Positions 40,571 through 50,860 of a stretch of DNA of 64,000 bases are shown piece after piece. Each line of letters opens with the position of its first letter. Position 1 is the stretch's first letter. Below the pieces are notes generated by a model. The model had not been told where the DNA came from and searched no databases. It saw only the letters and a list, made by a program, of their open reading frames with translations. The position numbers and the translations under genes are program-made. Origin of the DNA: Microcystaceae cyanobacterium (GTDB lineage: Bacteria > Cyanobacteriota > Cyanobacteriia > Cyanobacteriales > Microcystaceae); contig JBGTGT010000028.1 of NCBI GenBank assembly GCA_041746575.1, positions 1 through 64,000 of the forward strand. The letters run 5' to 3'.

Positions 40571-41146
40571 TTAGTTAATCCAAGGAATATCTTTTTCCTC
40601 GTCAGAAATACAGGATTTGGGGGTAAAATGATGATTAATCGAGTTTAGAGAATTCGGTAGGTGTGTAATGAAATAATCAACCGTTTTAGGCTTAATATAA
40701 CCATTGAGAACAGCCACTTCACCGAATCGTAAGCCTAAGTGTTTTTGCTCCGACAGGATCCGTTGTAGTTGTGATTCTGTTAACAAGCTGGCTTCTTGGA
40801 AATAGTAATCAATGGGGTGATCTTCTTGGCTTTTTAATAATTTCCACCATTTCTCTGCAAAAAAGTTGACTGTTTCTTGTTTTATCCATCCTCTTAAAAC
40901 CAAAATTTCACCAATTTTAAGATCAGTATAATGTTTTTGATCGCTTAGGGCAATATTCAATTGTTGCTGAGAAATTAAGTCAGCTTGACACAGAGTTTGT
41001 CCTAAAAGAGGATAACGATCTTGTTCTTGTTGAATGCTGGTAACGTATTGAGCATTGGTATCGGTTTTTGAAGACTTGGAGACTTGATAAAAGCCTTCCG
41101 GAATCACTATATGAGGCTCAGAGATGAATATTTGAGTCTTTATCAT
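40571..41146 (-). CDS. Hypothetical protein with tandem MshEN-like motifs
   Basis: LLGQTLCQADLISQQQLNIALSDQ...KIGEILVLRGWI and a second copy ...RFGEVAVLNGYI. Confidence 0.7.
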   Translation of the reverse strand: MIKTQIFISEPHIVIPEGFYQVSKSSKTDTNAQYVTSIQQEQDRYPLLGQTLCQADLISQQQLNIALSDQKHYTDLKIGEILVLRGWIKQETVNFFAEKWWKLLKSQEDHPIDYYFQEASLLTESQLQRILSEQKHLGLRFGEVAVLNGYIKPKTVDYFITHLPNSLNSINHHFTPKSCISDEEKDIPWIN

Positions 41147-41750
41147 AAGACATTTTTCCCTCTGTAAAGTTAATTAAGTAATGGGGTAAACCTCTCCTTG
41201 AAATTATACCCATTATTTACTCAAAATTATCTAAGTGTCTTATGATTTTTCTGTAAAGTTTTTATAAAGATTCTGTTAAGTAAGTCAAATTTCTTAAGGG
41301 TTTCGCAGTAGAATTTACTCAGTTTTCTGCTAACAGGTTAGAGGCAATCCGTATTTCTGACGAGGCGTTAGTTGTCTTGTCAAAAAGGGTGCCTAGGGCA
41401 TCGGAAAATACTCTAAAAAAAGACTGAAGGATTTTAAATGCTTAAACCCTAATCGTGAGCGACTCTTCTTTTTACCCTTTCTATTCTTGAAAAAAAGCAA
41501 GTGTTTGTGCCTGTTAAGCTATTCATTTTAAAAAAGCATATAAAAACTAAATTTAGTCTCGTTTCTTAACGTAAGTGGAACTTAAGAAAAAATACAAAAC
41601 AGTGCAGTAAGATGTTTTGGGTATCAAAGAGGCAGTACAAAACTAATTTGTCTTCTGGAAAGTTAGTAAGTTAAAATTTGTTTTTGATTGGCTTACTTCA
41701 CATTAATAAAAAAGCTTGTCAATTTATCCTAAACGGGGTTGAGTGCAAAT

Positions 41751-42065
41751 CTATTCAATTTCAGATTTCATTTTTTCTAGGGTTGTATTCATTTGCTCAA
41801 ACATCTGCTGAGGAGTCATTCCAAATTGTCCTAGTTGCGTTTTTAGCTGTTGAACTGTCATTTGTGCCATAAAATCGTCGGATAATTCAAAGCGTTTCAT
41901 AAAGATTTTGTAGCGTTCCATTAGACTTTCCATTTTGTCTATAAAAATCCTTTTCCCTTCTCGGTCAAACTTACCATATTCGCCTCCTAATTGCGTCAAA
42001 GACTGATAATCTTCAAACAATTGTTTGGCTTCTTGTTGTACGACTTCTGAATCAAAAAATCCCAT
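41751..42065 (-). CDS. DUF1825 family protein
   Basis: MGFFDSEVVQQEAKQLFEDYQ...KFDREGK...RFELS. Confidence 0.85.
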   Translation of the reverse strand: MGFFDSEVVQQEAKQLFEDYQSLTQLGGEYGKFDREGKRIFIDKMESLMERYKIFMKRFELSDDFMAQMTVQQLKTQLGQFGMTPQQMFEQMNTTLEKMKSEIE

Positions 42066-42418
42066 AGCGATTTACCTTAAACCGAGTTAATTTGTAAACA
42101 ATAACGATAAAGCAATGAAAAATAGGCTAGAGATTGGTGATCTCGCTAATCTTATTGTAAATGAGAGATTCAGTTCCGTGAATTACGGTTTTCCGCTCAG
42201 TCATCGCTTAACCCCAATGTTAATCTTGAAGATAAGACAAGGGGAAATCAACCATAGGAAAGCGTAAATCTTTGAAAACTCAGCTAATGTCTCGTTTTTA
42301 CTCCAATTGAGTTGATTTATATGGCACTGCGCATTTAAGTTAGTATGCTTTCCTGTCATCCGAAAACCTAGATTCATAATATATTCTGATCTAATTTTGT
42401 AATGCAATCGCAAATAAC

Positions 42419-43480
42419 TTATCTGCTTCCATCCAGCGAAATCGAATTTACAGATAATATCCTGCCTTGTTGTTCTAACGATTGGCTGAGATGATCTAAA
42501 ATATTGACTAACTCTATAGCTTTTTGCCCAGAAGCGGCTTTATTTGGCTTATTTGTCCGAATTGTCTCTAAAAAGCGATCGCAGACTTGTTTCAACGGTT
42601 CTTTATTTTCTAAGGGAATAACCTCATAATCTAAGTTTTGAGGATAAAATTGGTTATTATGAGATTTTAACCATCCTTTTTGTAAGCTTAAAGGCGCATC
42701 AGATGACATTTCGTCAAAAATCAATGTTCCTTCTTCCCCGACTAAACATAAACGGCGTTGCTTATCCGGATTTAACCAACACAAATGAAGCGTTACCTCA
42801 ACTCCACTGGGATAAAATAAAGAAACCCAGACTAAATCAGATAGTCCTTTAGTTTCTGGAGATACTGCGTTAAAATCATCAGACTGTAGCCAAATTCTGC
42901 CTCTTGCCGCCACCTGTTGCGGACTTTCCTCTAACCAATCATTAAAAATCGCAATATCATGAATGGCTAAATCCCATAAAACATCGACATCCTGACGAAT
43001 CGGGGCAATATGAGTACGGCTGGCATAGCCATAGCGTAATTTACCTAATTTTCCTGATTCAACGACTGTTTTACCTGTTTCTGTAGCAGGGTGGAATAAA
43101 TAGGTATGATCAATAAACAAATGTCGGTTGCGCTGTTGAGCCAATTGGGTTAACTCAACACATTCGTTAGGATTGAGGGTTAAGGGTTTTTCAGATAAAA
43201 CATGATAGCCTAGGCTGAGAGCATCTTTAATGAGTGAATAATGGGTAGAGGCAGGAGTAACCACCACAACCGCATCCAGTCCTTCTAATTGACGAATTTC
43301 TGTCCATTGACAAGCCAGAATAATCGATTCATGCAAAGGAAATGACTGTTTCAAAACATCTAACGAGGGTGGATTGGCATCTACAATCGCCACCAATTCT
43401 GCTTGGGGATGATTCAAAAAATGACGAACGTAGTGCTTTCCCCAACGTCCTACCCCTAAGATAGCGAGTTTCGTTTTCAT
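42419..43480 (-). CDS. Gfo/Idh/MocA family oxidoreductase
   Basis: GVGRWG, VTPASTH, EKPL, WDLAIHD; ATG 43480 behind a purine-rich RBS. Confidence 0.9.
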   Translation of the reverse strand: MKTKLAILGVGRWGKHYVRHFLNHPQAELVAIVDANPPSLDVLKQSFPLHESIILACQWTEIRQLEGLDAVVVVTPASTHYSLIKDALSLGYHVLSEKPLTLNPNECVELTQLAQQRNRHLFIDHTYLFHPATETGKTVVESGKLGKLRYGYASRTHIAPIRQDVDVLWDLAIHDIAIFNDWLEESPQQVAARGRIWLQSDDFNAVSPETKGLSDLVWVSLFYPSGVEVTLHLCWLNPDKQRRLCLVGEEGTLIFDEMSSDAPLSLQKGWLKSHNNQFYPQNLDYEVIPLENKEPLKQVCDRFLETIRTNKPNKAASGQKAIELVNILDHLSQSLEQQGRILSVNSISLDGSR

Positions 43481-43522
43481 GCCTGCCTTCCTCAGCATTT
43501 TGCCGACAATTTAAATTATTTC

Positions 43523-44221
43523 TTATTCGTCATTAATTGGACTTACTTTCGCTTTATAAAGCAGTTTCTCAGCTTGACGATAACCCACATAGCGAACGGT
43601 TACTAAATCACCCGGAATGGCAGTTCCCCCTAATAATTGATGATATTGAGGATCATAGGGCATTTTATCGCCAACTGTGCCAATATTTTCTACTCCCCAT
43701 CGTTTGAGTAATTCTACAACGGGTTTGACTAAAGCTAAGAGTTTAACGGCAGAGAGTTGGGGATTTTGTTGAGCGGCGGCGGCGGCAGTTGGCCATTGCA
43801 ATAACCAAGATTCAAGGATTTCTAAGCTAGATTGTTGAAATTCTTGCAATAAAGTGGTCTTTTGTTCGTCTAACTGCTTTTGTAGGTTTTGGTATTCCTG
43901 TTTAAGGTGAGACAATTCGGTTTTAAGAGAAGCATCTTCAGGAGAAGAAGGGGAGTTTAAAAGCGTAACATTGTGATAAAAAAGGGTCAAGCAAGTTTCA
44001 ACCGAAATATTAAGCGTATTTGCCAGTTTGACAAGGTTTTCCACCGCCATTTTTGGCATTAATCCAAGTTGTAAGCGACTCAATTGCCATTCCGATAATT
44101 GAGATTGTTGACTTAATGCCTCGAAGCTGTCAATACCGGCTTTATTCATTAAATCTTTTAGAATCTGTTGATTTCTCTTAAATTTCGATAAATTTACTGG
44201 TTTCATAAGGTCAATCATCAA
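43523..44221 (-). CDS. HTH-domain protein with coiled coil and GrpE-like C-terminus
   Basis: N-terminal HTH-like segment; C-terminal YDPQYHQ...VRYVGY...KAKV. Confidence 0.75.
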   Translation of the reverse strand: MMIDLMKPVNLSKFKRNQQILKDLMNKAGIDSFEALSQQSQLSEWQLSRLQLGLMPKMAVENLVKLANTLNISVETCLTLFYHNVTLLNSPSSPEDASLKTELSHLKQEYQNLQKQLDEQKTTLLQEFQQSSLEILESWLLQWPTAAAAAQQNPQLSAVKLLALVKPVVELLKRWGVENIGTVGDKMPYDPQYHQLLGGTAIPGDLVTVRYVGYRQAEKLLYKAKVSPINDE

Positions 44222-44304
44222 TAATCAATAGAAGCTAACAACAAGCATTAAACGCACCCCTCATTGGTAAAAAATTGAATTTTCTAAGTATTTACTAGAA
44301 AAAT

Positions 44305-45054
44305 TTAGAGATTATCAGGATTAATGCCTTGTTCTCTTAATAAATCAGCCAAATGTTCTGCTCTTTGGCGTTCTACTTCTGCTCGTTGACGTTCTTGTTT
44401 TGCTAATTCTGACCCCCATAATAGCAATTCTTGGGTACCTGTCCACCATCGTAACCAATATCCTTGACGATTTTCTCGAATTCCCTGCCATACTCCTATA
44501 TATAAGCCTATTTCTTTAATCCAGTATCTTCCTTCTCCATTTGCTTCTTCTAATTCATATTCTTTTGAGTTCTGAAGCTTATAAAATTCCATGACGCCTT
44601 GATAGGGTTCAAAAATTATATAATAGGGAACTTGGAGAATTCTCTCATAGAAGAACCATTTTCCGGGAGGATAAGTCGGTTTAACTGAATATTCATTTCC
44701 TTCTGTATCTGAGAGAAATTCCATAACAATGAGCGGAATGTCTCCCTGAAGATGGGGAGTATAACTGCGGTCGATTTCTTGTCTAGAAACTCGAATACTA
44801 GGAATATAAGACCAATCAGGAGCTTTTACAACAAATTTAGAGCCGAATCGAGTACAGATGCCGTAATTGCTTGTCGTTAACGTGTTCTCTTGTAATTTTC
44901 CTGCATTTTCTAAAGCATCATTTAAGGCCGCTGCCAACATCGGTTGATTAATATTATCCACAGGATCATCGGGTAAAATAAAATCATCGGGTAATTTTTC
45001 CCAATGAATATCATCAGGAAGAGAAGGTTTGATGGGTTGAGGAATCGCAATCAT
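44305..45054 (-). CDS. Uma2 family endonuclease
   Basis: KAPDW, VMEFLS, YERILQVPYY, ERQRAE tail. Confidence 0.9.
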   Translation of the reverse strand: MIAIPQPIKPSLPDDIHWEKLPDDFILPDDPVDNINQPMLAAALNDALENAGKLQENTLTTSNYGICTRFGSKFVVKAPDWSYIPSIRVSRQEIDRSYTPHLQGDIPLIVMEFLSDTEGNEYSVKPTYPPGKWFFYERILQVPYYIIFEPYQGVMEFYKLQNSKEYELEEANGEGRYWIKEIGLYIGVWQGIRENRQGYWLRWWTGTQELLLWGSELAKQERQRAEVERQRAEHLADLLREQGINPDNL

Positions 45055-45164
45055 AGTTCAAAAATAAAAGCGTCAGTTAGATATTTTAGTGATTATGATT
45101 ATCTTGATCAAACTAATCCATTTTCTTTGAAATAATTTTGAAATAATTAAGAACAAATCAATTC

Positions 45165-45716
45165 TTAAAATTCTCTTTTACTTTGATCAAGGTTAGGATT
45201 TCCAAGTGTTTGCCGGTGCATGAGATAACTACTGATAGAAACCAAAAGAATAGAAGCAGCTACATAAATCATTTCTGTGACGGTTTTGAGTTCTAAAGTA
45301 ATCATTTTTTTGAACAAGCTTACAATTAAGGCAACAATAATAACTTGTAATAATTTCTTTTTTAATTCTTCTAAAGAAGTCGTCACCAAGACACTTTTTC
45401 GATTAGCATCTCCCGTAAAATCAATATCAGAAATAAATAATTCATAAATGCCAAAACTAAAAATTAAAAGAATAATCCCAATTAAATAATAGTCAATGCC
45501 ACCGATAACATGAGAAACCACTAAGGTTAACGATTTACTGTCAAAATCTTGAGAAATAAAAGAATTTTTCTGAATTCCAATCAAAATTTCTACTGTCCCA
45601 ATCACAAAAAAATTTAAGGCACTAATTAAGCCAAAAACAACAGGAATAAGGGTAAATAGCCGAAAATTCCAGAGGATTAACTCAAAAATTCGTTCAATTT
45701 TTTTCAATCGGGTCAT
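45165..45716 (-). CDS. YqhA (UPF0114) family membrane protein
   Basis: IDYYLIGIILLIFSFGIYELFIS, LEELKKKL. Confidence 0.85.
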   Translation of the reverse strand: MTRLKKIERIFELILWNFRLFTLIPVVFGLISALNFFVIGTVEILIGIQKNSFISQDFDSKSLTLVVSHVIGGIDYYLIGIILLIFSFGIYELFISDIDFTGDANRKSVLVTTSLEELKKKLLQVIIVALIVSLFKKMITLELKTVTEMIYVAASILLVSISSYLMHRQTLGNPNLDQSKREF

Positions 45717-45790
45717 TACAATCGCTCAAACTCTTCTACACTTCATTGTAGTTAAGAAAAGCCGTTTTCCCCAACCTATTTGATTATGGG

Positions 45791-46837
45791 TTATTTTAAC
45801 TGGGCAATATCGGCAATCGCGTCTAATAATCGATCAATCTCCTGATCCGTCCCGATGGAAATTCGGACATAATTGAGGATACGAGGATGTTTAAAATAGC
45901 GAATCAAGATTTTTCTTTTCTTTAATTCAGTATACAATCTATCTGCCGTGATCCATTGAGGTGAGGCTAACACAAAATTTGCATCAGAGTCTGAGACACT
46001 GAAATCAAGCGATCGCAATGCTTCGATTAATCTTGAGCGAGTATGACGAACCTTTTGCCAGATTTTTCGGAAATAGTCTTGATACTCAAAAGCAGATGTA
46101 GCTAAAACTTGAGCAATTCGGTCTAAATTATAAGAATCTCGCACCTTATCCATCTGTTCAATAATTGCAGGCGAAGCGATGGCAAAACCAACTCTTATTC
46201 CCGCTAAACTGTAGCTTTTTGACATGGTTCGGGAAATAATCACGTTGTCGTATTTCTGAAGTAAATCTAAGTGATCATAATCAGCAAAATCTACATAAGC
46301 TTCATCAATTAAAACAATTCTCTCTGCTTTTGCACACGTTTCTTCAATATATTCCCGTTTAATATGTTTTCCTAAAGGTGGATTCGGTGAAGCCAAAAAA
46401 ATCAACTTGGCATCGGGAGAAATCAAGGGATAATCGAGTTCAAAGCTATCGCTCGTCGGAAATAAGCGAATATTTACCCCATGAACCCGTGAAATCGTTT
46501 CATATAACGAATAAGTCAAATCCAAAAACGTGACAGTTTCATTAGGGTTAACAAACGTCCGTAACGCAATATTTAAGATATCATCTGAGCCATTTCCCGC
46601 TAAAATTTGCTCTGGAGTGACTTTAAAGATATTAGCCGCCGTTTTACGCAGTTGGGTTGAAACGGGATCAGGATAAAGACGAATTTTTGTTAATTCCGAC
46701 TGCAATACTTCAAAAATAGAGGCAGGGGGTGGATAAGGGTTCTCATTCGTGTTGAGTTTCGTAAAATCATTTGTTTGCGGTTGTTCACCAGGGACATAAG
46801 CAGGGGTTTGGCGAACACAGTCACGAGTCCAATCCAT
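45791..46837 (-). CDS. hisC: Histidinol-phosphate aminotransferase
   Basis: KLNTNENPY, GNGSDD, DEAY, RTMSKSYSLAGIRVG. Confidence 0.93.
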   Translation of the reverse strand: MDWTRDCVRQTPAYVPGEQPQTNDFTKLNTNENPYPPPASIFEVLQSELTKIRLYPDPVSTQLRKTAANIFKVTPEQILAGNGSDDILNIALRTFVNPNETVTFLDLTYSLYETISRVHGVNIRLFPTSDSFELDYPLISPDAKLIFLASPNPPLGKHIKREYIEETCAKAERIVLIDEAYVDFADYDHLDLLQKYDNVIISRTMSKSYSLAGIRVGFAIASPAIIEQMDKVRDSYNLDRIAQVLATSAFEYQDYFRKIWQKVRHTRSRLIEALRSLDFSVSDSDANFVLASPQWITADRLYTELKKRKILIRYFKHPRILNYVRISIGTDQEIDRLLDAIADIAQLK

Positions 46838-46889
46838 ATTCACTTTAAGTCTAAATTATTGTTTATTTATTTTATCTTAACGAGATTAA

Positions 46890-47879
46890 CTATTTAAAGA
46901 TTGTTTGCCAATCGTTTTTCATACTAACAATCTGCCATCCGCTTTTGTTTGCTGTTTTTAATGATAAATTATCTTTTTCTGCATAGGCAAATTCTCGTTC
47001 TGCGTCATCATGATTAATGAGTAACTGAAAAGAGGGTAGAGAATTATCTTTCGTATAGGTTAGCATCGCAATATCGCCCCCCGAACGAACATTTCCTGCT
47101 GCAAAAATAGGACGTTTTCCAATCTGTAAATCAATATTAACAGGCTTCATTTGTTGATCATTAAAAGAATCCAGTTCTGCTTTGCGCCAAATGACCGACT
47201 TACCGTCTTTTTCAATAAATTCTTTTTTCAAGCGACTGCCAATCACTTGTTCTACAGGGATTCCATACATAGAAGGAGAAATCACTCGAATAAAATCAAT
47301 CCCTCCCCCCGAACAAATCCACGTTTGAAAATCATTTTTGCGTAAATATTCCATTAATTCAACCATGGGTTGATAGGCAAGATTGGTATATTTTTTCTTT
47401 AGAATAGGATGGGTTTCTTTCGCAAAAAATTCCCTAACTTCTACCTCAAACTGTTTTTCGGTCATTCCTGAATGAGTAGCCGCTAAAATAGACATAATGG
47501 CCGCTTCCCCTGCTTCTTTTAGGTAATTCATGTCCCCTTTTAATGCCGCTTGAAAGGGTTGTTTTTCTCCCAAACTAGGCTCATCTTTTATCATTTCTTT
47601 GAGGCGATCTAAGACAAACATGACTTGAATGACGGGTTGTTCTGGCCAAAGAGTGCCATCATTATCAAAGGTGGCAATACGATCGCTTTGGGGAATAAAG
47701 TCGAGACTGCCTGATGTTGTAACTTGATTGACAAATTCAATAAGGGCGGTTTTTGTTGCTCCTTTTTGCCATGAGGGAATGGGATCACTATTCTGCGCCG
47801 TTAAAGGGAAGATAAACTGAAGGATGAAAACCAGTGCAAAACTAAGGAAGCTGATTAAAAATAAAACCTTTCGCTTCAT
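46890..47879 (-). CDS. Exported HAD-family hydrolase (acid phosphatase-like)
   Basis: Signal peptide; ATFDNDGTLW motif I; CSGGG; HDDAEREFAY. Confidence 0.85.
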   Translation of the reverse strand: MKRKVLFLISFLSFALVFILQFIFPLTAQNSDPIPSWQKGATKTALIEFVNQVTTSGSLDFIPQSDRIATFDNDGTLWPEQPVIQVMFVLDRLKEMIKDEPSLGEKQPFQAALKGDMNYLKEAGEAAIMSILAATHSGMTEKQFEVEVREFFAKETHPILKKKYTNLAYQPMVELMEYLRKNDFQTWICSGGGIDFIRVISPSMYGIPVEQVIGSRLKKEFIEKDGKSVIWRKAELDSFNDQQMKPVNIDLQIGKRPIFAAGNVRSGGDIAMLTYTKDNSLPSFQLLINHDDAEREFAYAEKDNLSLKTANKSGWQIVSMKNDWQTIFK

Positions 47880-48140
47880 AAATAGAGAGTTAGAAAAAGA
47901 TGAAAGAATGAACATTATAGCAGAATACAGACTTAAGTCTGATCACTTTCCTGATTACTGAGTTGGAAAAATAGGATGGAAGACAGATCGTTTTTTAGCT
48001 TTATTCTTTAAAATGGATATGAGTTTATTTAAAAGATAATACTTTGCATAGAGTGAGACGGATTTATGCTAGAGAAATAACCTCAAAATGAACCTTGGTT
48101 ACCTACTGGAATTTTTGAGAAAAAGAGAGGAGCGAGTAAA

Positions 48141-48725
48141 TTGTCAGAACAAGTTGCCGTATTAAGACCACCGATAAATGCCTGCCCGTTGGTGTGGATT
48201 ATCATGGGTGTAGCTGGCTCTGGGAAGACAGTTGTTGGTCGACTTCTATCTGAGCGACTAGAGAGTGATTTTCTAGAGGGCGATCGTCGACATCCTTCAG
48301 CTAATATTGTCAAAATGCTTTCACAGAGTCCTTTACAAGATGAAGATCGTCACCAGTGGCTTCGGGAAATAGAGGATGATATTCAACGAGCCATAGAGCG
48401 AAACCGAGAGACGGTACTGACTTGCTCTGCTCTGAAGGCATCTTACCGAAAGCGATTGACATCTCCTGGACGAGTCCAGTTAGTATGGCTAAATGTACCG
48501 CCATCAGAATTAGAACAGAGACTTACCCAGAGGTCAAATCACTATATGAAGATTGAAATGCTTCGCAGTCAAATAGCAACATTTGAACCCATTGATCCCG
48601 ACGACGATATAATGACTGTTAATGGACTTCTTGCCCCCTCTGAGGTGGTTGACGAATTATTAGACAAAGCAATACAACGGTTTCCCAGTATGAGTAAATC
48701 TTGGTGGCAGAGATGTATTGAATAA
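48141..48725 (+). CDS. gntK: Gluconokinase (GntK/IdnK type)
   Basis: MGVAGSGKT, EGDRRHP..N..KM...PLQDEDR..W, CSALKASYR. Confidence 0.88.
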   Translation: MSEQVAVLRPPINACPLVWIIMGVAGSGKTVVGRLLSERLESDFLEGDRRHPSANIVKMLSQSPLQDEDRHQWLREIEDDIQRAIERNRETVLTCSALKASYRKRLTSPGRVQLVWLNVPPSELEQRLTQRSNHYMKIEMLRSQIATFEPIDPDDDIMTVNGLLAPSEVVDELLDKAIQRFPSMSKSWWQRCIE

Positions 48726-48728
48726 AAC

Positions 48729-48809
48729 CTTATGAGAAGGTACATGATGGAGAGTAGGGATGCGAGGTTTGCGCCCAGAGGGATATGATATTAACTCACA
48801 ATTTGCTAT
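48729..48809. repeat. Dispersed REP/MITE-like repeat, copy 2
   Basis: TATGAGAAGGTACATGAT...GTAGGGATGCGAGGTTTGCGCCCAGAGGGATATGATATTAAC aligns with 16921-16990. Confidence 0.65.
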
Positions 48810-48883
48810 GGGTATTCAATCCCTCCTATTGAAGCTGAGAACGACATAATATAGAGATGATGTTAAGATCCTAGCCGAAGATC

Positions 48884-49564
48884 ATGTGTGGACGATTTAC
48901 CCTTACTTCCCCCTCGGAGGTCATTACTGACACCTTCGACCTCTCCGACGCTCCCTCTTTGTCCCCGCGTTACAATATCGCCCCTTCTCAAGCGATTACT
49001 ACCCTTGTCTTAGAATCCGGTCAAAAACGCCTAAAAACAATGAAATGGGGGTTAGTTCCCCCGTGGGCAAAAGACCTAAAAATCGGTCATAAATTGATTA
49101 ATGCCAGAGCCGAAACTCTCTCCGAAAAGCCCTCCTTTCGCCTAGCGTTTCAACGACGACGTTGCCTCATCCTAGCGGATGGTTTTTATGAATGGCAGAC
49201 GATGAAGGAAAAAAAGACCAAACAACCGTATTATATTCAGATGAATAATCAAAAACCGTTCGCCTTCGCTGGATTATGGGAAGTATGGCAAAAAGACGAT
49301 TTAGACCCTCTGATCTCTTGTACGATCATTACCACTGAGGCAAACGACCTTATTCAACCTATTCATCAGCGAATGCCTGTCATTCTGGAGACGAAACAGC
49401 TAAGCCAATGGCTAGATCCGACTTTGACTGATACGCAAACTCTGCAACCGCTCCTCAAGCCCTATGAAAGCGAGGCCATGATGACTTATCCGGTGAGTTC
49501 TTTAGTGAATAATCCTGCCAATAAACAGCCGGAATGTTGTCAAGAAAAGTCTATTTCCGCCTAA
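48884..49564 (+). CDS. SOS response-associated peptidase (SRAP/YedK)
   Basis: MCGRF, RYNIAPSQ, INARAET, GFYEW, IHQRMPVIL. Confidence 0.95.
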   Translation: MCGRFTLTSPSEVITDTFDLSDAPSLSPRYNIAPSQAITTLVLESGQKRLKTMKWGLVPPWAKDLKIGHKLINARAETLSEKPSFRLAFQRRRCLILADGFYEWQTMKEKKTKQPYYIQMNNQKPFAFAGLWEVWQKDDLDPLISCTIITTEANDLIQPIHQRMPVILETKQLSQWLDPTLTDTQTLQPLLKPYESEAMMTYPVSSLVNNPANKQPECCQEKSISA

Positions 49565-49566
49565 AT

Positions 49567-50169
49567 TTACCGCTTTTGAATCGGAATCTGAATTTCACTC
49601 CGTTTGAGGGCATCAGGAACATAAGGTCCATCATAAAAGAAACGACGGGGACTTCCCACTCGTTCGTAGTCGGGATTTTGTTGTAACCAATCCGTTAATT
49701 TTTTTAGCCCTTTTTGATAACTTTCATAACTGTATGCACCTTTTAAACCAAAACTAACCACTTTCATGGCATTGATGTCTTCTATCTCAATATTGCTGGC
49801 AATTTCATCCGGGGCAATCTCACGAGTCCGATAAAGAAACGAGACTTCCGCTTCTCCAGAAATATCCCCCTCTAAGGTACTGACGGGGTAACGGGTCTCG
49901 ACAGGGGCAGTCATTGAGATATTATTCGAGCTAATATGCTGATATAACGGGTAAAAGGCTTGATTCGCCGCTTGCGAGAAGTCGCCTTGTGTTGGATAAG
50001 TAGCCGCACGATAAGGCGGATATTGTTTCACTTCAATCTGATTGGGGGCAGTCGGTGGCGGAAAGCCATCGGGTAAGGGCGCACTGTTAGCTTGATAAAC
50101 GCCGACTCCAATAGCGGCGATCGCGATAATTGCAAGGGGAATGAGTAAATAAGAAAACTTCATCGTCAT
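49567..50169 (-). CDS. SOUL heme-binding family protein
   Basis: Signal peptide, IEVKQYP, AFYPLYQHIS, ISMTAPV, RSEIQIP. Confidence 0.85.
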   Translation of the reverse strand: MTMKFSYLLIPLAIIAIAAIGVGVYQANSAPLPDGFPPPTAPNQIEVKQYPPYRAATYPTQGDFSQAANQAFYPLYQHISSNNISMTAPVETRYPVSTLEGDISGEAEVSFLYRTREIAPDEIASNIEIEDINAMKVVSFGLKGAYSYESYQKGLKKLTDWLQQNPDYERVGSPRRFFYDGPYVPDALKRSEIQIPIQKR

Positions 50170-50234
50170 GAAAAAAAAGTACCTCCGTTTCTATGATGAC
50201 AAACTTTTTAAGCTTTTGCTTTCTCTCGCTTAAA

Positions 50235-50250
50235 TGTATCGTGCGATACA
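50235..50250. promoter_or_regulatory. NtcA-type palindrome
   Basis: TGTATCGTGCGATACA = TGTA-N8-TACA in the divergent intergenic region. Confidence 0.55.
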
Positions 50251-50860
50251 ATAGTTTGATTGATAAAAAGCCTTGCCCTCATTCTTAAGGATTAAAGTAT
50301 CGAAAAAGAAAAAGATCGCGACTTCCCCCAAAAGCTTTGCATTACCCTTCAGTAGAAAATGATCATCAGAAAATTTCTAGATAATCATAGCAAATTAATA
50401 CTGAGTTTAATTCTTTAGAATAAATCTAAGAATTTCAATTATTAAAGAAAGTTTAGAGATAAACAAAAGAAGAATTACAGAATAAATTAGATAAAATCTT
50501 ATTTAAAATATTTTCCAAAAATAATATCTTATCAAAGTAAAGACTTATTTGGAACTTTAATATCTTTCATCATCGCATAAGATAGCATCCCTTACGAGTC
50601 AGAAAATGCGCTATTTCTATCTCTCGATATATTGCTAACTTGGACTTTTTTTGATTATCTTATAACTTAAATGATCAATTTGTTGAAATTTATTATTGTG
50701 CGAAAGTTTTCACAATATAGCACTAGCACTACGTACTGAGGTAATTAACATCCTTCCGTTCCCTTTTTACCCCTATTTGTTGTCCAAACATAAAAACGAC
50801 AATTCCCTATATTATTAATACTTTTGAGTGAAATAATCCATTTTTTAGGAGGCTTTAAAG

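Noticed and set aside
42201..42413. 70-aa minus-strand ORF
   Set aside because: No RBS or motif; AT-rich intergenic sequence
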